Source: Candidatus Micrarchaeia archaeon (GTDB lineage Archaea; Micrarchaeota; Micrarchaeia; Burarchaeales; JAVZCV01). From it: 36,359 nt of DNA. Positions 8,845 to 17,228 of this stretch are shown here, piece after piece. The stretch spans positions 1-36,359 of the forward strand of contig JAVZCV010000010.1 in assembly GCA_038874215.1 (NCBI GenBank), written 5' to 3'. A program made the position numbers and the translations under genes. Under the pieces are notes generated by a model that worked only from the letters and a program-made list of their open reading frames with translations, did not search any database and had not been told where the DNA came from. Position 1 is the first letter of the stretch. Each line of letters begins with the position of its first letter.

Positions 8845-9726
8845 CTACTTTTTTTCAAAGTAATCCAGCAGAAGGCCGGCCTGGAAAAGCAAGAAAGATA
8901 TTATAACGAAAGACATCACAACTATCATTCGCGGAACTTTTGTTATCGCACCATTTTTTATGAATTCCACAAAAAGTTCGTAGCCTAGTGCAAAAGCAAT
9001 AAGGAGGAAAAATACGGAAATAGTGCAAAACATTGCGAGGGGGTTCCAGTCCCTTATGCGCCTAAGTATCCTGAATGCTATGACGCCACCATCTATAAGC
9101 GGATTTAGTTTGCTACTGCCACCTGGTCTTTTTGAGTAGGTTATAGGCACGCTACCTACGCGGAGGTTCTGTTTTCTCGTTTCTACGAGCATGTCCGCTT
9201 CAAGGTCAAAGCTATCCGCAGTTATATTCATCTGGCAAAGGGCCTTTTTGTTCAAAGCCCAAAATCCCGAACAAAGGTCCTGCGTTTGTCTGACTGCAAT
9301 GCGTGCCAAGAGAGTAAGCAATGCGTTTCCAAATCTACCCACCGCTCCCATAGAGCCTGCTGAGAGTCTCCTCGTGCCTATAACAACATCCGCTCTGTCT
9401 ATGAGCAGAGGTAGTATGAGATAAGGGATATCCATGGGGTTATACGTAAAGTCACCATCTACCATCACCACAATATCGCAACGCCTTTTTCTAAGCAGTT
9501 CAAATGCCTCTCTTATTGCACCGCCTTTTCCATAGCCCGACTGAACAATAACATCGGCCCCCCTACTTTTTGCAATTTCAACTGTCCTGTCAGTGCTTTT
9601 CCCATCTACTACTAAAATGCGCGTTTCTATGCCAAGCTTCAAAAGTTCGCTTTTCGGCACCGCATCTATTACCCCCCCTATGTTCTCCTCTTCATTCTTT
9701 GTCGGTATAACCACCCAAAGGTCCAT
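8845..9726 (-). CDS. GT2 dolichol-phosphate glycosyltransferase (DPM1/AglJ-like)
   Basis: VIPTKNEE, VVDGKSTDRT, GYGKG, DGD, DLCSGF and two C-terminal TM helices. Confidence 0.92.
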   Translation of the reverse strand: MDLWVVIPTKNEEENIGGVIDAVPKSELLKLGIETRILVVDGKSTDRTVEIAKSRGADVIVQSGYGKGGAIREAFELLRKRRCDIVVMVDGDFTYNPMDIPYLILPLLIDRADVVIGTRRLSAGSMGAVGRFGNALLTLLARIAVRQTQDLCSGFWALNKKALCQMNITADSFDLEADMLVETRKQNLRVGSVPITYSKRPGGSSKLNPLIDGGVIAFRILRRIRDWNPLAMFCTISVFFLLIAFALGYELFVEFIKNGAITKVPRMIVVMSFVIISFLLFQAGLLLDYFEKK

Positions 9727-9744
9727 GGTCTATTAAGGCCAAAT

Positions 9745-9758
9745 TCTTTATATAAAGA
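9745..9758. promoter_or_regulatory. Perfectly palindromic bidirectional TATA element TCTTTATATAAAGA
   Basis: 14-bp palindrome centred about 26 nt from both ATG 9726 (-) and ATG 9778 (+). Confidence 0.7.
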
Positions 9759-9777
9759 TACCTACGCATGTTATAAC

Positions 9778-11040
9778 ATGCTTGTTATAAAGAACGCAAT
9801 CGTTGTGACACAGAACGCAAAAAGAGAGGTGTTGCGTGCCGATGTAGGGATAGATGGAAATACCATCGCTAAGGTGGGTTGGATAAAAACTGAGAAAGAT
9901 GACGAGATTGTGGACGGAAGCAACAAAATTTTGATGCCTGGGTTGGTAAATACGCACACCCACGTTGCAATGGCGCTTCTTAGGGGCTATGCTGATGATA
10001 TGGAACTTCACAAATGGCTTACTGAGAAGATATGGCCTACAGAAGCTAAACTTCGCCCAGATGATATCTACTGGGGCTCTTTGCTTGGTTGTGTTGAAAT
10101 GATAAGGGCTGGTGCTACGGGATTTTGTGATATGTATTTCTACGTTGAGGAGACTGCACGGGCAGTAGAGAAAATAGGCATGAGGGCAAGACTATCAAAA
10201 GTTTTTTTTGATACCGAAGCTCTTGACACAAGCCCTGAAAAAGCCTTCTCATTTGAAGGGAAGAACACCAACCTGGTTATGTATGACATAGGACCACACG
10301 CACCATACACTGTTTCAAAAGAAAATCTTCTAAAAGCAAAGGAATATGCTGAAGAAAAAAATTGTCTCGTACACATACATGTTGCAGAAACCAGAAAAGA
10401 AATTTTCGATATAAAAAAGAAATACGGCAAGCGTGTTGTAGAATACCTTGATGATATCGGCTTCTTGAGCGATAGGGTTCTTGCAGCACACTGCAACTGG
10501 ATAACAAGAAAAGAAGCGAGCATACTCGCTAAGCGTGGCGTTAAGGTTTCCCACACGCCAGTAAGCGGTATGAAGCTTGCAACCGGCGGAACAGCGCCAG
10601 TCCCAGATTTGATTGATGATGGCTGTATCGTCTCTCTGGGGACGGATGGGCCATGCTCAAACAACTCCCTGAACATATTAGAAACCATGAAGACAGCAAC
10701 TTTGATTGCGAAGTTTACACGTTGGAACCCCGAACTCATCACTGCACAGCAAGCGCTTGACATGGCAACGATCAGCGGTGCAAGGACTATGGGCATAAAT
10801 TCGGGTTGTATAGAGGCGGGCAGGCTTGCGGACATCATCATGCTTGATGCAACTTCCCCGAATTTAAAACCAGCCCATAACATAATATCAAACATCGTCT
10901 ATTCTGCATGTGCGCACGATGTCACGGACGTTATCGTTGGTGGAAGGTTTTTAATGCGTGACCGTAAAATCCTCACCGTAGAAGAACCCCGCGTAATAGC
11001 AAAGGCGGAAAAAGTGGCTTACGAGCTTATAAACAGGTGA
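9778..11040 (+). CDS. mtaD: MTA/SAH/5'-deoxyadenosine deaminase (MtaD/DadD-like amidohydrolase)
   Basis: PGLVNTHTH, RGYADD, GPHAPYT, HIHVAET, AAHC and LGTDG..SNN motifs; directly upstream of ahcY. Confidence 0.85.
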   Translation: MLVIKNAIVVTQNAKREVLRADVGIDGNTIAKVGWIKTEKDDEIVDGSNKILMPGLVNTHTHVAMALLRGYADDMELHKWLTEKIWPTEAKLRPDDIYWGSLLGCVEMIRAGATGFCDMYFYVEETARAVEKIGMRARLSKVFFDTEALDTSPEKAFSFEGKNTNLVMYDIGPHAPYTVSKENLLKAKEYAEEKNCLVHIHVAETRKEIFDIKKKYGKRVVEYLDDIGFLSDRVLAAHCNWITRKEASILAKRGVKVSHTPVSGMKLATGGTAPVPDLIDDGCIVSLGTDGPCSNNSLNILETMKTATLIAKFTRWNPELITAQQALDMATISGARTMGINSGCIEAGRLADIIMLDATSPNLKPAHNIISNIVYSACAHDVTDVIVGGRFLMRDRKILTVEEPRVIAKAEKVAYELINR

Positions 11041-11044
11041 GGTA

Positions 11045-12283
11045 ATGAAAATAAAGGATATTGGGCTATGGAGAGAGGGCAGGCAAGATATAGAGTGGGC
11101 AAAAGAGAACATGCCCGTTCTGGGCGAAATAGAAAAAGAGTTTGAGAAAAATAAACCACTGGCAGGCATAACAGTTGCTGCATGCCTGCACATAACTAAG
11201 GAAACCGCAGTCCTCCTAGAGGTTCTGAAAGCAGGAGGTGCGCGAGTGTTTCTTTGCGGCAGCAATCCATTGAGCACTAATGATGCCGTTGCTGCTGCAC
11301 TTGCAAAAAGCGGAGTCAACGTATATGGGTGGCGCGGCCTAAATGAGCGGCAGTATATGTGGTGCATAGATAGAGTGCTTGATGCAAAACCAGACGTTAC
11401 GGTTGATGACGGCGCTGATTTAACGGTTCGTGCCCATGAAAGAGGCATAACCTGTCTTGGAGGAACAGAGGAAACCACAACTGGTGTGTTGCGGCTAAGG
11501 GCGATGGAACAACAGGGAAGGCTCTCTTATGGGGTGATAGCAGTTAATAACGCAAAAACAAAGATGCTTTTTGATAACAGGTATGGGACAGGGCAGAGCA
11601 CGATAGATGGCATACTCAGAGCAACATCAATTCTTATTGCGGGGAAAAAATTCGTGGTTGCAGGCTACGGGTGGTGCGGCAGGGGCATAGCGATGAGGGC
11701 GCGTGGCATGGGTGCAAACGTAGTAGTCTGCGAGACAGACCCTATAAAGGCTCTTGAGGCATTCATGGACGGCTTTACTGTAATGAGCATGGAAGAGGCA
11801 GCAGAAATCGGTGATATATTCGTAACTGCTACTGGAAACATTGACGTGATAACAGCAAAGCACTTTAAACTCATGAGAGACGGCGCGATACTTGCCAACT
11901 CGGGTCATTTTGATGTTGAAGTAAGCGTAAAGCAGCTTCAGGAGATGGCTGTAAGAAAGAGAAGAGTGCGAAGGTGCATGGATGAATACACTTTGCGCGA
12001 CGGAAAAAAACTTTATCTACTTGGCGAAGGGCGGCTTGTCAATCTTGCGTGCGCAGAAGGGCATCCCAGCGAGGTCATGCAGATGTCATTCGGCAACCAA
12101 GCACTCTGCGTGGAGCACATAGTTGAAAACAAAGGCATTGACAAAAAGCTTTTTGATGTCCCTTACAAGATAGACTCAAAAATAGCGATGATAGCACTCA
12201 AATGTATGGGTGTTAGGATTGGCAAGCTTAGTGATAAACAGGAGGCCTACATGCGAAGCTGGGAGAGCGGGACAGCAGATTAA
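11045..12283 (+). CDS. ahcY: Adenosylhomocysteinase (SAH hydrolase)
   Basis: ACLHITKET, GSNPLST, DDGAD, EETTTG, FDNRYGTGQS, GYGWCGRG, NSGHFDVE and GRLVNL...GHP. Confidence 0.97.
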   Translation: MKIKDIGLWREGRQDIEWAKENMPVLGEIEKEFEKNKPLAGITVAACLHITKETAVLLEVLKAGGARVFLCGSNPLSTNDAVAAALAKSGVNVYGWRGLNERQYMWCIDRVLDAKPDVTVDDGADLTVRAHERGITCLGGTEETTTGVLRLRAMEQQGRLSYGVIAVNNAKTKMLFDNRYGTGQSTIDGILRATSILIAGKKFVVAGYGWCGRGIAMRARGMGANVVVCETDPIKALEAFMDGFTVMSMEEAAEIGDIFVTATGNIDVITAKHFKLMRDGAILANSGHFDVEVSVKQLQEMAVRKRRVRRCMDEYTLRDGKKLYLLGEGRLVNLACAEGHPSEVMQMSFGNQALCVEHIVENKGIDKKLFDVPYKIDSKIAMIALKCMGVRIGKLSDKQEAYMRSWESGTAD

Positions 12284-12307
12284 AAAATAAATCTGGGCGG
12301 TGTTTTC

Positions 12308-12517
12308 ATGGAAGACATCAGGAATCTCATATCAAACATAGAGGAAAGATTGCGTAGGATTGAGGATTTGCTTGAAAGCATAGGTACCCAGAACGGTGGA
12401 GATTTGCTTGAGGGCAATCTGGTCTCACGTCTAAATGACATATCGGAGAGACTTGAGAGCATTGAAAAGAGGCTCTCAGATATTGAGCTCAGGGTTTCCG
12501 AGATGGAAAGAAGCTAG
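12308..12517 (+). CDS. Small coiled-coil hypothetical protein
   Basis: Heptad repeats IEERLRRIE / ISERLESIE / IEKRLSDIE, a GGTG SD, and it fills the gap between genes. Confidence 0.7.
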   Translation: MEDIRNLISNIEERLRRIEDLLESIGTQNGGDLLEGNLVSRLNDISERLESIEKRLSDIELRVSEMERS

Positions 12518-13305
12518 CGCAATACTTCAATCGCATTTTTTAAGACACGCCTATTTGAGCAGGCAAGGAGCGATGTTGATTTCCCCATGCCCACCTCTAA
12601 ATGGTCTATTTCATTGCCAAACATATCACGCACAAAACCGCCAGCCTCCTCAACAATCAGCTTCCCACTGCATATATCCAGAAGTCTGATAGAACCACCG
12701 AAATAACATTCAAACGACCCCCTTGCCATGTAGCACATGTGTAGGGCGCATGAACCCAAGTCTCTTATATATTCCGCTCTTTCCATAAGCCTGCAAAAAT
12801 ACGGAATATCATTCTTTCTCGTTGCTTTCGGGAAGCTGACGCAGATGTTTTTTAGCATTGGAATTCTACTGCATCTCACCCTTTTCCCGTCCATGTATGC
12901 GCCCTTCCCCTTTGAAGCCCAGAACTCTTCACCCCTGAAAATGTCCCTCACGTATGCGAAATTTGTTGAGCCTAAGTTTCTGCTTTCAAGAACTGCTACC
13001 GAGAAGGCAAAGAAGGGTATCCGCCTTTCCGCGTTCGTGCTCCCGTCAAGAGGATCTACAACAATATAAATGTCTGGGTTTTCCAAGACAACTTCCCCTT
13101 TTTCCTCTGAAATTATGCACGCATTCATTTTTCTTAAGTTTGTGAACACGATTTTTTCAGCAGCATGGTCCATCAGCAGAGTCGTATCGCCTCCCGCCCC
13201 CCTACCAATCCTCCTTCTGCCCTCGCTTTTTTCATATAGTTGCATAACTCTTCTGGATACCTCTCTGCCCATCTTCCTGCATATTTCAAGCCATGAGAAA
13301 CTCAT
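12514..13305 (-). CDS. Inositol monophosphatase/FBPase (FIG superfamily, archaeal type)
   Basis: GAGGDTT..D, IISEE, VDPLDGSTNA, LGSCAL and RLLDI...EEAGG motifs. Confidence 0.9.
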   Translation of the reverse strand: MSFSWLEICRKMGREVSRRVMQLYEKSEGRRRIGRGAGGDTTLLMDHAAEKIVFTNLRKMNACIISEEKGEVVLENPDIYIVVDPLDGSTNAERRIPFFAFSVAVLESRNLGSTNFAYVRDIFRGEEFWASKGKGAYMDGKRVRCSRIPMLKNICVSFPKATRKNDIPYFCRLMERAEYIRDLGSCALHMCYMARGSFECYFGGSIRLLDICSGKLIVEEAGGFVRDMFGNEIDHLEVGMGKSTSLLACSNRRVLKNAIEVLR

Positions 13306-13843
13306 ACAGCATCATCCCCGCATCCTTCTCCGCCATTTTTCCTGTGTCTATGACGAGTTCGGGCGAAAGCGGCTCTTCATACTCAACATCAACCCCTATG
13401 ACCTCCCCAAGCCCTCTTACTCCCTTCCTGAATTTTTTACGCTCCAAAGCCTTTCTATACATACCCATAACCACGCTGGACTTTCTTTTTGCCTCTCTTC
13501 TCATGCAGATTCCAAGCGGGCATCGTACATATATCTCAGCAAAGTTTTCTATCTCCCTCCTTGCAAAGTTCCTATATCTTCGCCTATGCCCAGTAGCATC
13601 TATTATAACCGATATCTTATTATCGTATAGGAGTTTTGCACAGAGAACAATAGCACGGTATGCAAAATTGCGTTCCTCCTCGTTGTATTTCGGTTTTGGC
13701 GCCAGAAACTTCCTTATCTCATCCATACGGAGGAGATGCACGTTTACGCCATTCTCCTTCAACTTTGAATATGCGAAATCTGCAAGAGTGCTCTTGCCAG
13801 AACCAGGCAATCCAGTTATCCATGCTACAAATGGCCTGTTCAT
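13286..13843 (-). CDS. Adenylyl-sulfate kinase-like P-loop kinase
   Basis: WITGLPGSGKST P-loop and C-terminal MYRKA...GVDVEYEEPLSPEL. It has LRMD in place of the canonical LDGD. Start at ATG 13843. Confidence 0.8.
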   Translation of the reverse strand: MNRPFVAWITGLPGSGKSTLADFAYSKLKENGVNVHLLRMDEIRKFLAPKPKYNEEERNFAYRAIVLCAKLLYDNKISVIIDATGHRRRYRNFARREIENFAEIYVRCPLGICMRREAKRKSSVVMGMYRKALERKKFRKGVRGLGEVIGVDVEYEEPLSPELVIDTGKMAEKDAGMMLYEFLMA

Positions 13844-13844
13844 A

Positions 13845-14888
13845 TCAATCAACGAGTTCAATATCAAAGTTACGTTTCGTAAGAACAGTCTCAGCAAAGT
13901 CAAGCATGCGCTTTCTTACCTCTACCGCATTCCCACCTCTCCGCTCAAACCATCCATCTGGATAAAAGAGCGGGTTCGCAACCACTATCGCCCTGAATGC
14001 GAAGAAGAGAGGGGAGGCCCGCCAAATCTCAACATCCTTGCTCCCCTTCTCATATCTTTCAATAAACCTTTCAAGCATATCCAAAAAAAGCCTATTCGCT
14101 GAAGTATAATAATAGAAAATGTAATTTATACAGAGTGCCGTAACATCATCTGCAGGCTCGCCAAACTCGCCCCTACTTCTATCAAGCAATTTGAATGTTC
14201 TTCCTCCTCCGCTAAAAATTATGTTTCCAGGATGAAAATCCCCATGAACTTTTGAAAGCCGCCAGTATTTTTTCCTGAGAAAAATCCACTCATCAACGCA
14301 CATTTTAACGAACCTACTTATCCTTCTTTCACCAAAGTAACCTAGCTCTGGGTATGCATCAAGTATGCCCATGATGCATTCTCCGTTTCCCACAGTATCC
14401 CTTATTTTCCGTGCATACAGGCTCCTATCCTCATGCTTGACCGCATGTATCTTTACAAGGTAATCGGATAGTGCATGAATTCTTGTTATGTCCTTACCCG
14501 CCAATGTTCTCTTTTTTATAATTCTGTCAAGGTCTTCAAAATAATTCCTCCCGTGCGCTCTCTCCATCAGTATGAGAAATTTTTTGCATGTGCCAAGCGA
14601 TACGATTTCCCCTTTTTCTTCATCAAAGCCTACGACATCGTATGCCTTCACGTGCCTCTCAAGTTTGTTGAATGCATCATTTTGCCATATGAATATCTTC
14701 GCTATATCGGAAAAATGGTCGTGTCCAAACGAGCCCGTTTCCATCCCCTTTAATACCATCTCGGAATCCTTAAATTTTACGAGATACGCATCTCCATAAA
14801 CACCAGAGCCAAGCTTCGCAAACTTAACTATGCTGCCCTTACCAAATTTCCTTTTTAGATATCTCTCAAAAGCTTTCCTTTCAATCAT
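13845..14888 (-). CDS. Aminoglycoside phosphotransferase/choline kinase-fold protein
   Basis: LGSGVYG Gly loop, VLK, HGDFHPGNI catalytic loop and LLDRSRGEFGEPADD. Confidence 0.85.
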   Translation of the reverse strand: MIERKAFERYLKRKFGKGSIVKFAKLGSGVYGDAYLVKFKDSEMVLKGMETGSFGHDHFSDIAKIFIWQNDAFNKLERHVKAYDVVGFDEEKGEIVSLGTCKKFLILMERAHGRNYFEDLDRIIKKRTLAGKDITRIHALSDYLVKIHAVKHEDRSLYARKIRDTVGNGECIMGILDAYPELGYFGERRISRFVKMCVDEWIFLRKKYWRLSKVHGDFHPGNIIFSGGGRTFKLLDRSRGEFGEPADDVTALCINYIFYYYTSANRLFLDMLERFIERYEKGSKDVEIWRASPLFFAFRAIVVANPLFYPDGWFERRGGNAVEVRKRMLDFAETVLTKRNFDIELVD

Positions 14889-14907
14889 GCATCTCTATCT
14901 GCAGCGT

Positions 14908-14918
14908 CATTTTAAATG
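14908..14918. promoter_or_regulatory. Bidirectional TATA-like element CATTT-T-AAATG
   Basis: Centred between the divergent starts 14888 (-) and 14934/14940 (+). Confidence 0.55.
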
Positions 14919-14933
14919 GTTTGGCATTGAATT

Positions 14934-15650
14934 ATGAACATGCAGCTTGGGGTGACATGTGGCAGCGGGCTCTATGATTTTTTTGAGGGAGGCGAGCGTT
15001 GCGTAAAAACTCCTTTTGGCGAGTCCCGCGTTTTGCTGTGCAGGCAGACGGGCAGAAGTTTCTTTCTCATTCATAGACATGGAAAAAAACATACCACACC
15101 CCCTCACATGATAAACCATAGGGCAAACATATGGGCGCTTAGAAAACTTGGGGCGACGCACATTCTTGGCGTTTCGTGTTTTGGAATTATCTCGCGCTAC
15201 AAGCCAGGCGACATAGTCCTCGTTGAAGATTTCATCAGCCTAACCCCCCCTCCAACGTTTTTTGATATTTTTGCAGAAAAGGTGGTTCACACGGACTTCA
15301 CCGAACCTTACAGCAAGGATATGTGTAAGCGAGTATTGTTGGCAGCTAAAAAAGCTAATGTAAAAATAAGGCGCGGCGGTGTCCTCATAGGAGTTTCGGG
15401 ACCCCGCCTTGAAACGAAGGCAGAGATAGCAGCATTTAGAAAATTGGGTGCAAACATCGTGGGAATGACCACTGTAAACGAAGCCATACTTGCAAAGGAA
15501 GCAGGGCTGGATTATGCAAACATAGGTGTTTGCTCAAACTATGCAGCAGGAATAAGGGACAGCGTGGACATTGATGATATAATACTCCGCGTGAGGCAGA
15601 AGGGTAACTTGCTAAGGCGAATTGTTATTACGCTCCTCTCTCAGATATAA
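14934..15650 (+). CDS. mtnP: MTAP-family purine nucleoside phosphorylase, probably methylthioinosine/6-oxopurine type
   Basis: GSGLY, RHG..H..PPH.IN.RANIWAL, GPRLETKAE, VGMT, and SNYAAG (Asn-type) rather than TDYD. Alternative start 14940. Confidence 0.9.
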   Translation: MNMQLGVTCGSGLYDFFEGGERCVKTPFGESRVLLCRQTGRSFFLIHRHGKKHTTPPHMINHRANIWALRKLGATHILGVSCFGIISRYKPGDIVLVEDFISLTPPPTFFDIFAEKVVHTDFTEPYSKDMCKRVLLAAKKANVKIRRGGVLIGVSGPRLETKAEIAAFRKLGANIVGMTTVNEAILAKEAGLDYANIGVCSNYAAGIRDSVDIDDIILRVRQKGNLLRRIVITLLSQI

Positions 15651-16172
15651 GATCCTCATAAAAGCATCCCTTACATTTTTCCCAACAACCACCGAGCCAT
15701 GGCCCTCCATCATAACTACATCATTTTCTCTAAGCTTGTTTGCGACAGAAATTGCGAGCTCCATGCTCCCGTATGGGCATGCTCCCACTACCGCAGAGCC
15801 CCCAATCATTGAATGAACATGAATAACCGCGCCTACATCACGCCTCGTTTTGTAGGCAAGAAGATGCATCGGTGTCTCTGATGAAGGATTTTTGAGCCCA
15901 ACGGCAGCGAGAAGAGTAAAGGATTCAAAACTAAACTCCTTCACATGCACAAAGTCAGCATATGTTAGATTTGATAGAGATGAGCCACTCGCTGTTACTA
16001 TCATGCCCATCCTCTTTCTGATACTCATGTTTCCTTCATTTCCCTTCACAAAACCCAGAGCGGCAAGCATTTTTCCATACGTAATCATCTCCATGATCCT
16101 CCTGTCTCTGCACCTCCCCCGCTTCAGTGCATTCTCCCCGATTGCAAATTTCACACCAACGTATTCCTCCAT
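15612..16172 (-). CDS. Class II aldolase/adducin-family protein (FucA/Ald2/MtnB fold)
   Basis: GNEGNMS, PSSETPMH, IHVH and GHG metal-binding motifs; overlaps the end of mtnA. Confidence 0.88.
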   Translation of the reverse strand: MEEYVGVKFAIGENALKRGRCRDRRIMEMITYGKMLAALGFVKGNEGNMSIRKRMGMIVTASGSSLSNLTYADFVHVKEFSFESFTLLAAVGLKNPSSETPMHLLAYKTRRDVGAVIHVHSMIGGSAVVGACPYGSMELAISVANKLRENDVVMMEGHGSVVVGKNVRDAFMRILYLREERNNNSP

Positions 16173-17194
16173 TTCATCATGCCAACTTCAGTGGGTTTGA
16201 AAATCCCACGCTCGCATACGATTGCTGTCACATATTTGAAAGGTGTTATATCAAAGGCAGGGTTGAATGCTCTCGTGCCTTTCGGGAATATACGCCTACC
16301 ACCAATTTCAAGAACCTCACCTTCGTCTCTCTCCTCTATTTCTATCTCACCCATTTTGATTCCCAAATCAAAAGTTGAAAGAGGTGCGGCAACATAAAAC
16401 GGAATACCCTTTTCATGTGCGAGCACAGCAAGCGGATATGTGCCTATCTTGTTTGCAAAACCGTCTCTCGCTATCCTATCGGCACCTACAAAGACAGCAT
16501 CAACAAGCCCCTGACTAATGAAATAGCCCTGCGCTCCATCAACAATTACTCTATGCGGTATCCCCTCATTCTTTAACTCCAATGCCGTTAGCGCACCCTG
16601 TAATCTTGGCCGCGTCTCGCTAACATAAACGAATATATTCTTCCTACTGCGGTGCGCAAATCTCAATGGGGAAAGTGCGGTTCCATAATCAACACTCGCA
16701 AGCGCACCAGCATTGCAGTGCGTCATTATCCTATAACCTTTTTTTATGAGTTCCTGCCCATGAAGCCCAATGAGCCTGCACGCATTCCTCGTTTCAACGT
16801 CTATTGCCCGAGCTTCAGCATAAACCTCCTTCTTTATTCCCTCAACGTCGCTGCTTCGGTCTGCAGCACTAACAACCCTGTCTATCGCTCTGAATAGATC
16901 AAAGGCAGTCGGTCTTGTTTTCTTCAACAGCAAAGCGCATTTTCTAAGCCTCCCACGAAGGGCTTCTGGATCCCTACCCTTAAACGTGACACATGCCAGA
17001 TTTAGTGCATACGCAGCACAGACTCCTATTGCGGGCGCACCCCTAACGCCCATGCTCCTTATCGCATCCACAACTTCCTCACACCTACCAATTTTTAATA
17101 CTCTAAATCTATGGGGTAATAGCCTCTGGTCTATTATATACAAATTATTCTTCTCAAACCATACACTCCTATACTTCCTTCCCCCCCATTTCAT
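16151..17194 (-). CDS. mtnA: S-methyl-5-thioribose-1-phosphate isomerase
   Basis: DQRLLP, VRGAPAIG, RPTAFDL, THCNAGALA..YGTAL, ETRPRLQG, GADRI, NKIGTY and NPAFDITP. Start refined to ATG 17194, about 25 nt from a TTTTTATA box (alternative 17209). Confidence 0.95.
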   Translation of the reverse strand: MKWGGRKYRSVWFEKNNLYIIDQRLLPHRFRVLKIGRCEEVVDAIRSMGVRGAPAIGVCAAYALNLACVTFKGRDPEALRGRLRKCALLLKKTRPTAFDLFRAIDRVVSAADRSSDVEGIKKEVYAEARAIDVETRNACRLIGLHGQELIKKGYRIMTHCNAGALASVDYGTALSPLRFAHRSRKNIFVYVSETRPRLQGALTALELKNEGIPHRVIVDGAQGYFISQGLVDAVFVGADRIARDGFANKIGTYPLAVLAHEKGIPFYVAAPLSTFDLGIKMGEIEIEERDEGEVLEIGGRRIFPKGTRAFNPAFDITPFKYVTAIVCERGIFKPTEVGMMKWRNTLV

Positions 17195-17228
17195 AAACGG
17201 GTATCTCATATATACTATAAAAAAGCCG

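Noticed and set aside
13286..13843. Calling this gene cysC with a sulfate-assimilation role
   Set aside because: The LDGD motif has diverged and no sat/cysD/cysH is in the window, so it is kept as APS-kinase-like only.
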